Source: Candidatus Saccharimonadota bacterium
GTDB taxonomy: Bacteria > Pseudomonadota > Gammaproteobacteria > Enterobacterales > Enterobacteriaceae
Reading direction: 5' to 3'
Assembly: GCA_049942775.1 (NCBI GenBank)
Contig: CP188087.1
Span: 210,001 to 242,000, forward strand
Length of the DNA stretch: 32,000 bases
The notes under the pieces are model-generated. The model did no database searches and had not been told where the DNA came from. It saw only the letters and a program-made list of their open reading frames with translations. This document shows, in pieces, positions 10,030-18,856 of this stretch; positions within the stretch are counted from its first letter, which is position 1, and each line of letters opens with the position of its first letter. The translations under genes and the position numbers were made by a program.

Positions 10030-10485
10030 ATGAAAAATAAACAAAACTATTCTGAAAAGGAAAATATTTTAGATTTATTAGTTCATAGACATCCATTTTT
10101 ATTTGTTGATAAAATTTTAAAATTTAAAAAAAATCAATTTTTAGTTGCAAAAAAAAATATTGTTTCTGATGAATTTTATTTTAAAGGACATTTTCCTAAT
10201 AAGAAAATTTTTCCTGGTGTTTTAATGTTAGAATCAATTGCTCAAACGGCAAATTTGTTTATATGCAAGAATAAAGAAAAATTATTTATTAAAAGTGTAT
10301 ACTATTTATTATCGGTAAAAAATGTTAGATTTAAACGATTTGTATTTCCTGGAGATGTAATTATTGTTACAGTTTTTTTAAAAAAAGAAATTAAAAATTT
10401 TTTTTGGTTTGACGGTATTATAAAAGTTAACAATATTACAGTTTGTAGAGCAACCATTGTATGTGGACAAGATAGATTTTTTTGA
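10030..10485 (+). CDS. fabZ: 3-hydroxyacyl-ACP dehydratase FabZ
   Basis: HRHPFLFVDKIL, FKGHFP (catalytic His) and PGVLMLESIAQ (catalytic Glu) match FabZ. The ORF track opens at TTG 10015; in-frame ATG 10030 gives 151 aa, identical to E. coli FabZ length. Confidence 0.92.
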   Translation: MKNKQNYSEKENILDLLVHRHPFLFVDKILKFKKNQFLVAKKNIVSDEFYFKGHFPNKKIFPGVLMLESIAQTANLFICKNKEKLFIKSVYYLLSVKNVRFKRFVFPGDVIIVTVFLKKEIKNFFWFDGIIKVNNITVCRATIVCGQDRFF

Positions 10486-10547
10486 ATACGTTTAGAAATA
10501 AAGATAAAAATGCTATTTCACATTAATTAATATAAAATAGGTAATAG

Positions 10548-13500
10548 ATGATTAATAGCCAATTTGTTCACTTACGCGTTCATAGTGACTATTCATTGTG
10601 CGATGGAATGCATAAGCCTAAAGAATTAGTTCGAAATGCATCTAAGCTAGGTTTTCCAGCAATTGCAATTACAGATTTAAATAATTTATTTGGAATAATA
10701 AAATTTTATAAAATATCTAATAAATTGGGGTTAAAACCAATCATAGGAGCTGATTGTACAATACAATCTAATTTTTTAGAAGGAAGTAATAAATTTTCAA
10801 AATTGACACTATTAGCAAAAAATAATGAAGGATATAGGAATTTAATTATTTTAATTTCTAAAGCATATCAAAATAGATATAAAAATACAGGAAATGATGT
10901 TTTTATAAAACAACAATGGTTATCAAAACACAATCAAGGATTAATTATTTTATCTGGAGGTTGTTTTGGAGATATTGGAATAAATTTAATCAAAGAAAAT
11001 TTCAATTGTTCTAAAGCATGTATTAGTTTTTACAGAAAATATTTTCCCAACTCTTTTTATATTGAACTAAATAGGTTAGGTTTTTCTAATGAAAAAAAAT
11101 ACTTAGAAATTGCTGTTAATATAGCACTTTCAGAAAAACTACCAGTGGTTGCGACAAACTTTTGTTGTTTTCTTCATAAGAAAGATTTTTATGAACATAC
11201 GATACGTGTTTCAATTAATCAAGGGGTATCTATAAATGATTCTTGTTTTTTAAATAAATATACTAATGATCAGTATTTAAAAACTAATGAAGAAATGAAT
11301 GAGTTATTTTTTGACATTCCAGAATCAATTTCTAATACATTAGAAATTGCTAAAAGATGTAATGTATTTTTGAATTTAGGACATAGATTTCTTCCTAATT
11401 TTTTTACAGGAAAATTAAGTACAAAAGACTTTTTAATTGTTAAATCAAAAAAAGGTTTAGAAAAACGATTAAGGGAAAATTTTCCTAATAAAAGTGTTAG
11501 AGCTAATATTCGTCATAAGTATGACGAACGTTTATCATTAGAACTAAAAGTTATTAATTCTATGGGTTTTTCAGGTTATTTTTTAATTGTTATGGAATTT
11601 GTAGAATGGGCAAAGAAAAATAAAATTCCAGTAGGTCCAGGACGAGGATCTGGAGCAGGATCGCTGGTTGCATATTGTTTATTGATTACAGAGTTGGATC
11701 CGTTATCATTTAATTTGTTATTTGAGCGTTTTTTAAACAGAAATAGAATTTCTTTGCCAGATTTTGATATAGATTTTTGTATGAAACAGCGTGATTTAGT
11801 AATCGAGCATGTATCAAATTTGTATGGTAAAAATTCAGTTTCTCAAATAATTACTTTTGGTACTATGACCGCAAAATCGGTGATTAGAGATGTTGGACGC
11901 GCTTTAGGTTATAATTATGGATTTATGAATAGTATTTCTAAAAAAATCCCTTTAGATCCAGGAATTACATTAAAGAAAGCATTGTCTATAAATAGTGAAT
12001 TATTATCAATTTATAATAGTGATAAAAATGTTAAAACAGTAATAGATTTATCTAAAAAATTAGAAGGAGTAACTAGAAATATTGGAAAACATGCTGGTGG
12101 TGTAGTTATATCTCCAACTAAAATAACTAATTTTTCTCCTTTATATTTTGATGAAGAAGGTAAAAATCAAATTACTCAATTTGATAAAGATGATATTGAA
12201 AGTGTTGGATTGGTTAAATTTGATTTTTTAGGTTTAAAAACTTTAACTATTATTAGTTATGCAGTAAGAATGATTAATAAAATTAAAAAAGTAAAAAAAC
12301 AGTCTTTGTTAAATATTAATGGCATTAATTTAAATGAAAGCAAGTGCTATAATTTTTTACAAACAGCTGAAACTACAGGAATATTTCAGTTAGAATCGAA
12401 AGGTATGAAAAATTTAATAAAGCGATTAAAACCTGATTCATTTGAAGACTTAATTTCTTTAATTGCTTTGTTTCGTCCAGGACCATTGCAATCTGGAATG
12501 GTTGATAATTTTATTTCTAGAAAGCATGGATTAGAGGAAATTTTTTATCCTGATGAAAAATGGCAACATATTTCTTTAAAACCAATTTTAAAATCTACTT
12601 ACGGAATTATTTTATACCAAGAACAAGTAATGCAAATCGCGCAAATACTAGCTGGATATACATTATCTCAGGCTGATATTTTAAGAAGAGCTATGGGAAA
12701 AAAAAAACCAGAAGAAATGATTAAACAAAGAACAATTTTTAAGAAAGGAGCTAGTAAAAATAATATAAATTCAAGTTTATCAATTAAAATTTTTGATTTA
12801 TTAGAAAAATTTTCGGGTTATGGGTTTAATAAATCGCATTCAGCAGCATATGCATTGTTGTCATATCAAACGTTATGGCTAAAAGTTAATTATCCATTAG
12901 AATTTTTTGCTTCAATATTAACAGAAGAAATGGATAATACTAAAAAACTTTTTTTTATCATTGAAGAAGTACGTCGAATGAAAATAAATATTTTACTTCC
13001 GAATATTAATTTAAGTGAATATGATTTTTTTGTTAGTAAAGATAAAAAAATAGTTTTTGGTCTTGGAATGATTAAAGGAATAGGAAAAAGTGTCATTCTC
13101 TCTATTTTAGAGAATAGAACAAAAAAAGGAATCTTTTTAGATCTTTTTGATTTATGTATTAGAATTGATCATAAAAAATTAACTCGTATAGTTTTATTAA
13201 AATTAATTAAATCTGGAGTTTTAGATATTTTTGAAATAGATCGTGATGTTTTGGCAAATATGTTACCTAAAATTATTCAGTCGTCTCGTCAATATTTAAT
13301 TGAGAAAAAAACAAAACAAAATATTATTTTTAACATTTCTAAAGAAAAAATAATTGATAAAATAAAAAATGAATCTTCTGTTTCTAAAAATATAATCTGG
13401 ACTGATTTAGATAAATTAATTTTTGAAAAAGATGTATTTGGTTTTTACTTAAGTAGTCATCCGATTTATATATATATTAAAGAAGTGAAATTTGTATTTG

Positions 13501-14075
13501 ATATTTGTTGGATTTCTGATGTTTTAAAAAAAAGAAATAAATATATTTGTAATATAATGGGAGTTATACAACAAATTAAAAAAAGAATAACTGCTAAAAA
13601 TACAATTATTTTAACATTAATGTTAGATGATAATTCTGCAATTATAGAACTTATTTTTTTTTCAGATGTATATGAAAAATATAAAGATTTTATTGTGAAA
13701 GACAATGTCATTATAGTTAATGGTTATATTTCTTTTAGTTATTACAATAATAATTTTTTAAATCATAGATTTGTTGTTCGTAGTCTTTTAGATATAAACA
13801 CGTTTAGAAATAAATATATAAAGAAATGTTTCATATATTTGAATGAAATAGATACTAATTTATTTTTTTTAAAATCTGTATCTAAAATTTTAAAAAAACA
13901 TTCTTTTCTTGGAACTACACCAATATGTATAAAATATAATTATTCAAATAATTCTTTATATTCTAAATTTCAGTTAGGAACAGATTGGTTGATTCATGTT
14001 ACGGATTTGTTTTTATATGAAATAAAAGCACTATGTGGAGAAAAAAATTTTTATATTTCATATAAACAAAAATAA
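10548..14075 (+). CDS. dnaE: DNA polymerase III alpha subunit
   Basis: 1175-aa ORF with an N-terminal PHP domain (FVHLRVHSDYSLCDG). Other matches: GPGRGSGAGSLVAYCL, LPDFDIDFC (catalytic Asp pair), GKHAGGVVI, FNKSHSAAYAL. Confidence 0.97.
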   Translation: MINSQFVHLRVHSDYSLCDGMHKPKELVRNASKLGFPAIAITDLNNLFGIIKFYKISNKLGLKPIIGADCTIQSNFLEGSNKFSKLTLLAKNNEGYRNLIILISKAYQNRYKNTGNDVFIKQQWLSKHNQGLIILSGGCFGDIGINLIKENFNCSKACISFYRKYFPNSFYIELNRLGFSNEKKYLEIAVNIALSEKLPVVATNFCCFLHKKDFYEHTIRVSINQGVSINDSCFLNKYTNDQYLKTNEEMNELFFDIPESISNTLEIAKRCNVFLNLGHRFLPNFFTGKLSTKDFLIVKSKKGLEKRLRENFPNKSVRANIRHKYDERLSLELKVINSMGFSGYFLIVMEFVEWAKKNKIPVGPGRGSGAGSLVAYCLLITELDPLSFNLLFERFLNRNRISLPDFDIDFCMKQRDLVIEHVSNLYGKNSVSQIITFGTMTAKSVIRDVGRALGYNYGFMNSISKKIPLDPGITLKKALSINSELLSIYNSDKNVKTVIDLSKKLEGVTRNIGKHAGGVVISPTKITNFSPLYFDEEGKNQITQFDKDDIESVGLVKFDFLGLKTLTIISYAVRMINKIKKVKKQSLLNINGINLNESKCYNFLQTAETTGIFQLESKGMKNLIKRLKPDSFEDLISLIALFRPGPLQSGMVDNFISRKHGLEEIFYPDEKWQHISLKPILKSTYGIILYQEQVMQIAQILAGYTLSQADILRRAMGKKKPEEMIKQRTIFKKGASKNNINSSLSIKIFDLLEKFSGYGFNKSHSAAYALLSYQTLWLKVNYPLEFFASILTEEMDNTKKLFFIIEEVRRMKINILLPNINLSEYDFFVSKDKKIVFGLGMIKGIGKSVILSILENRTKKGIFLDLFDLCIRIDHKKLTRIVLLKLIKSGVLDIFEIDRDVLANMLPKIIQSSRQYLIEKKTKQNIIFNISKEKIIDKIKNESSVSKNIIWTDLDKLIFEKDVFGFYLSSHPIYIYIKEVKFVFDICWISDVLKKRNKYICNIMGVIQQIKKRITAKNTIILTLMLDDNSAIIELIFFSDVYEKYKDFIVKDNVIIVNGYISFSYYNNNFLNHRFVVRSLLDINTFRNKYIKKCFIYLNEIDTNLFFLKSVSKILKKHSFLGTTPICIKYNYSNNSLYSKFQLGTDWLIHVTDLFLYEIKALCGEKNFYISYKQK

Positions 14076-14097
14076 ATTATTTTGGTTATTATTTTTT

Positions 14098-15291
14098 TTA
14101 TTTTTTTATTTGTTTTGTAATAAAGTTTATTATATTTTGTTTTTCTAAAATTTTAGAAATATGATTTTTCCTATCTCGGTATTCTATTTCGTTATTTTTT
14201 AAAAGTTTTTCACTAATGATGATTTGATGTGGAATACCGATTAAATCCATTTCGTTAAAGATCACTCCGGTTCTTTCTTTTCTATTATCAAATAGAACAT
14301 CAAATTCATTTTGTTTTAAAATTTTATATATTTTAATAGAAATATTGTTTACCGATTTTGATTTATACAAATTTATAGGTATTATTACAATTTGAAAAGG
14401 AGATAAAAGATTTGGCCAAATAATACCTTTTTTATCGTGATGTTGTTGAATAATAGCACTTACTAACCGAGTTATTCCTATACCATAGCAACCCATTGTG
14501 ATAATTTTTTCTGTTCCCTGTTTATTTTGTATTTTAGTATTGAAGATTGATGTATATTTTTTTTTAATTTGAAAGACATGTGCTATTTCTATAGGATCAT
14601 TGTCAATATTTTCATATTTTATATCTTTATTTTTTAAAATGTTATCTACATTTATTTGAAATTCGTGAGAAATATCACCTCCAATATGACTAGAGTTTGC
14701 TTTTTTAAAATTAAATTTTAATTTCATTTTTTTAAATATTTTTTTATATACGTTTATCATTTTTTCATATGTATCTTTCAAAGATTTAGAATTTTCATGA
14801 AAAGAATAAGCATCTTTCATAATAAATTCTCTTGATCGAACAACTCCTGCTCTTGCTCGAATTTCATCTCTATATTTATTTTGTATTTGATACAGAATTA
14901 TTGGTAATTGTTTGTAAGAATGTATGTCTTGTTTAATCAAATTTGTTATAACTTCTTCGTTTGTAGGAGCTAAAACAAATTCATTATTTTTACGGTCTAG
15001 AAATTTAAATAGTTCGTTTCCATATATTTTTTTTCTTCCACTTTTCTCCCAAATTTTCGCAGATTGCATGGTTGGCATATGAATTTCCATCGCTCCGATA
15101 CTATTTAGTTCTGTTCTAATTATATTTTTGATGTTTTTAATCACTTTGATTCCTGTTGGTAACCAGGTATACGTTCCAGAAGACAGTTGTCTGATTAATC
15201 CAGCTTTTAGCATTAATTTATGACTTATACTAATTTTAGATTTTGTATTTATATTTTTTATAGTAAAGAGACAATAGTTTGTTGTTTTCAT
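14098..15291 (-). CDS. proS: prolyl-tRNA synthetase, short form lacking the INS editing domain
   Basis: 397-aa ORF. Residues 1-212 and 234-397 are collinear with E. coli ProRS (572 aa), covering motif 2 FRDEIRARAGVVRSREFIMKDAYSF, motif 3 GCYGIGITRLV and the C-terminal anticodon-binding domain. About 176 aa between SHEFQ and IE(V/I)(G/A)H(I/V)FQ are replaced by a 21-aa linker. Confidence 0.93.
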   Translation of the reverse strand: MKTTNYCLFTIKNINTKSKISISHKLMLKAGLIRQLSSGTYTWLPTGIKVIKNIKNIIRTELNSIGAMEIHMPTMQSAKIWEKSGRKKIYGNELFKFLDRKNNEFVLAPTNEEVITNLIKQDIHSYKQLPIILYQIQNKYRDEIRARAGVVRSREFIMKDAYSFHENSKSLKDTYEKMINVYKKIFKKMKLKFNFKKANSSHIGGDISHEFQINVDNILKNKDIKYENIDNDPIEIAHVFQIKKKYTSIFNTKIQNKQGTEKIITMGCYGIGITRLVSAIIQQHHDKKGIIWPNLLSPFQIVIIPINLYKSKSVNNISIKIYKILKQNEFDVLFDNRKERTGVIFNEMDLIGIPHQIIISEKLLKNNEIEYRDRKNHISKILEKQNIINFITKQIKK

Positions 15292-15479
15292 TATTTTTTT
15301 TTAAATTTATAAGTTATAAAAGATATTGTTTTGAAAAATTTTCATTTAGTGTATTTATTTTATTTCATCAAATCTATATGATGCTTTAAAATTAAGATAT
15401 CTACTTGCTCCTATTATAAAAATAAATTATATTATTTTTTTGTTTGTTTTTTACTTACAGTAAATTTAAGGAAATTATT

Positions 15480-16643
15480 GTGTCTACTTATCAATCAAAC
15501 GATGAAAAAACAGAAAAACCCACTCATTATAGATTGAAAAAAGTTTATAAAAAAGGAGAATTTAATAAAAATTCTAGAGATATAAATTCAATTATAATAT
15601 TGATATTTTTTTTATTAGGTTTTCGATTTTTATATTTTACAATTTTTTCTAAATTTCAAAATGTGATGAAAGTTTGTTTTTTTTTTAGTAGAAATTTTAG
15701 GTCAGAACATTTTGATAGAACAATACAATTTGTATTGTATGATTTTTTTAAAACCTTATTTTTCTATTTTTTACTAATTTTCATTAGTTTGTTAACTATT
15801 TTAATTTCTAATTATTTAATATTACATGGTCGTTTCGTCAGGTTTAATTTTTTAAGGATTAGGTATTCAAGAATTAATTTATTGAAAGGAATAAAAAACA
15901 TATTTTCTTACAATTCAGTTGTAAATTTTTGTAAATTAACATGTAAGGTTTTTTATTTAATATTATTTTGTGTTTTATTTTTTAATAAATATAAAATTCA
16001 AAATTTAGATTCTTTATTTTTAATAGATAGAATGAACGTATTTTTTTTGTTAGGAATGAATACAATTTATTGTTGTTGTTTTTATTTAATTTTATTTATT
16101 TTACCAATTATTTCCTTTGATATATTATTAGATAATTATCGATATTATAAAAATTTAAGAATGAGTCGTCAAGAAATACGAGATGAATTAAAATATATAG
16201 AAGGAAATCCAATTACTAAATCTCGTATTCGAAATGAAATGCGAATTTCTTCCAAACGGAATATCACAATTGATGTTCCTAAAGCAAATGTAATTATTAC
16301 TAATCCAGTACATTATGCAATTGCATTAATATATGATGAAAAAACCATGCATGCTCCAAAAGTTTTAGTAAAAGGAACTGGAACAATAGCATTGAAAATT
16401 TGTAGTTTGGGAAAAAAGAGTTATGTTCCAATAATTTCTAGTCCAATTTTAGCACGTATCTTATATCGTCATGTTTCAGTTGGTCATTATGTTCCTAGTA
16501 AGTTTTATACAGTAGTAGCTGAAGTATTAGCATGGGCATGGAAAGTACAAAGATGGAAAAAAAATGGAGGTAAATTTCCAGAAAAACCAACTAGTTTGTC
16601 TATTTTAGATGAAAAAAAATATAAGAGAGAAAAAAATGTTTAA
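15480..16643 (+). CDS. flhB: flagellar type III export apparatus protein FlhB
   Basis: N-terminal DEKTEKPTHYRLKK matches E. coli FlhB DDKTEAPTPHRLEK. LRMSRQEIRDE, PKANVIITNPVHYAIAL and the C-terminal AEVLAWAWK are conserved. The ORF track opens at TTG 15444; in-frame GTG 15480 fits the homologue N-terminus better, but the start is uncertain. Confidence 0.9.
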   Translation: MSTYQSNDEKTEKPTHYRLKKVYKKGEFNKNSRDINSIIILIFFLLGFRFLYFTIFSKFQNVMKVCFFFSRNFRSEHFDRTIQFVLYDFFKTLFFYFLLIFISLLTILISNYLILHGRFVRFNFLRIRYSRINLLKGIKNIFSYNSVVNFCKLTCKVFYLILFCVLFFNKYKIQNLDSLFLIDRMNVFFLLGMNTIYCCCFYLILFILPIISFDILLDNYRYYKNLRMSRQEIRDELKYIEGNPITKSRIRNEMRISSKRNITIDVPKANVIITNPVHYAIALIYDEKTMHAPKVLVKGTGTIALKICSLGKKSYVPIISSPILARILYRHVSVGHYVPSKFYTVVAEVLAWAWKVQRWKKNGGKFPEKPTSLSILDEKKYKREKNV

Positions 16644-18753
16644 TTTTATTACAACGTCTAAAATTGTAAATAGTTTCAAGTCTTTTCAGTGGCACGTATT
16701 ATCTGGTCCAATATTGATATTAATTATATTATCTATGGTAATAATTCCGTTGCCATCTTTTATTTTGGATTTATTTTTTACATTTAATATAGCTTTATCA
16801 GTAATGATATTGTTATCAGCAATGTTTACTAAAAACATATTAGATTTTGCTGCTTTTCCAAGTATTTTGTTGTTTTCAACTTTATTAAGATTAGCTTTAA
16901 ATGTTGCTTCTACTAGAATTATATTATTAAATGGTCATACTGGATCATCAGCAGCAGGATATGTAGTAGAATCGTTTGGGAATTTTTTGGTTGGTGGAAA
17001 TTTTGCAATTGGAAGCATTGTATTCATTATATTAGTAATAATTAATTTTATGGTTATTACTAAAGGAGCTGGAAGAATTGCAGAAGTAGGGGCTCGTTTT
17101 ATCTTAGATGGAATGCCTGGAAAACAAATGGCAATTGATGCTGATTTAAATACTGGAATAATAGGAGAAAAAGAAGCTAAAAATCGTAGAATAGAAATTT
17201 CTCAAGAAGCTGATTTTTATGGTTCTATGGATGGGGCAAGTAAATTTGTTAGAGGTGATGCAATAGCTGGAATATTGATAATGATCATTAATGTTATTGG
17301 TGGTTTAGTCATTGCTGTATTTCAACATCAGATGGAATTAGGACAAGCAGCAAAAGTTTATACTTTACTGACAATAGGAGACGGATTAGTAGCTCAAATT
17401 CCTGCTTTAGTAATTTCTACAGCTGCTGGGGTAATAGTTACAAGGGTAACTACAGAACAAAATGTTGGTGAGCAAATAGTAAGCCAGCTACTTTGTGATT
17501 TTAGAGTAATTTTTTTGAGTTCTATCGTATTAGGAGTTTTAGGATTAGTTCCTGGTATGCCAAATTTTATTTTTTTATCCTTTTCTTCGTTGTTGATGTT
17601 TTTTTCTTGGAAATTGTATACGAGTAATTCAAAAAAAACGTTTAAACAATTTTTAACAAACGAAAAAAATATCAATGAAAGAAATACATTAATTAAAGAT
17701 CCTTCTTGGAAGGATATACATTTAGAAGATGTTTTAGGTATAGAAATAGGATCTTCTTTATTATCTTTAATTGATGCTAAATTGAATCAAGATTTAAAAC
17801 ATCGAGTTTCTTTAATTAGAAAAAAATTTGCTAAAGATGTTGGGTTTTTACCATCTAAAATCCATATCTATGGTAATCCTAATTTAGATAAGGACAATTA
17901 TAGAATTTTAATTAGAGGTGTAGAAGTTGGTTATGGAACTGTTTTTATTAATCGTTTTTTATCTATTAATTCAGGAAATATTAAATTTGATAATGATAAA
18001 ATATCAAGTGAACACAATTTAATTCATGAACCGTCTTTTGGATTAGATGCATATTGGATTGATAGTGATAAAGTAGAGGAAGCAAAAAAAATAGGATATA
18101 CAGTTGTTACTTCTAGTGTTGTAATAGTTACTCATTTAAATAAATTAATGTTAGATCATTCTCATAAATTATTTGGTAGGGAAGAAGCTAAAAGTCTTAT
18201 TGAATGCGTATCAAAAGATATTCCTAAATTAGTCGAAGATTTAATTCCTAATTTAATTAATTTAACTGTTTTTCATAGAGTAATGTATAATTTATTATTC
18301 GAAAATGTTCCTATTAAAGATATTCGAACTATAATAGAAACGTTAATTGAACAGGATTCAAGTGTTCAAAATCAACCTCAACAATTAACAGTGTTCGTAA
18401 GAATTGCATTGGGTAAAATTATTACTCAAAAATTTTTTCCAAAAAATGTCAAAGTCATTGAAGTTATAACTTTAGATCATCAATTAGAAAAACTATTCTT
18501 TCAAATTATTCAATCCAGTGAAGGAAAAATTGAACCTAATTTATCAGAAACAATTTTTTATCAAACTGAAATTGCTATAAATAAACAAAAATCCTTAAAT
18601 TTGCCAATTGTTTTATTAGTACAAAATGAATTAAGGGAATATATATCTTATTTTTTAAGACAAAGATTTCCAGAATTAGCTGTTTTATCTAATTCAGAAT
18701 TGTATGTTGATAATAAAATTATTAAATCAGTTAATATAATTGGAAAAAATTAA
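16636..18753 (+). CDS. flhA: flagellar type III export apparatus protein FlhA
   Basis: Very high similarity to E. coli FlhA: FILDLFFTFNIALS, GNFAIG..ILVIINFMVITKGAGRIAEVGARF, DGMPGKQMAIDADLN, FYGSMDGASKFVRGDAIAGI. The ORF opens at ATG 16609, while ATG 16636 overlaps the flhB stop by 8 nt and follows a purine-rich AGAGAG. Either start is possible. Confidence 0.94.
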   Translation: MFNFITTSKIVNSFKSFQWHVLSGPILILIILSMVIIPLPSFILDLFFTFNIALSVMILLSAMFTKNILDFAAFPSILLFSTLLRLALNVASTRIILLNGHTGSSAAGYVVESFGNFLVGGNFAIGSIVFIILVIINFMVITKGAGRIAEVGARFILDGMPGKQMAIDADLNTGIIGEKEAKNRRIEISQEADFYGSMDGASKFVRGDAIAGILIMIINVIGGLVIAVFQHQMELGQAAKVYTLLTIGDGLVAQIPALVISTAAGVIVTRVTTEQNVGEQIVSQLLCDFRVIFLSSIVLGVLGLVPGMPNFIFLSFSSLLMFFSWKLYTSNSKKTFKQFLTNEKNINERNTLIKDPSWKDIHLEDVLGIEIGSSLLSLIDAKLNQDLKHRVSLIRKKFAKDVGFLPSKIHIYGNPNLDKDNYRILIRGVEVGYGTVFINRFLSINSGNIKFDNDKISSEHNLIHEPSFGLDAYWIDSDKVEEAKKIGYTVVTSSVVIVTHLNKLMLDHSHKLFGREEAKSLIECVSKDIPKLVEDLIPNLINLTVFHRVMYNLLFENVPIKDIRTIIETLIEQDSSVQNQPQQLTVFVRIALGKIITQKFFPKNVKVIEVITLDHQLEKLFFQIIQSSEGKIEPNLSETIFYQTEIAINKQKSLNLPIVLLVQNELREYISYFLRQRFPELAVLSNSELYVDNKIIKSVNIIGKN

Positions 18754-18856
18754 TTTTAACTGCAGTGACATTTTTATTTTAAGGATATTAAAAAATATAT
18801 TTACATATTTAAAAATATATTTTAATAAAATTTATTTTTAGTAAATTTTATTTTTA

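Noticed and set aside
18824-18852. 11-bp all-A/T hairpin (aataaaattta / taaattttatt) between convergent flhA and argS, considered as a terminator.
   Set aside because: The stem is entirely A:T with negligible predicted stability. Self-complementary A/T words (for example aaatatattt, twice nearby) are frequent in this composition.
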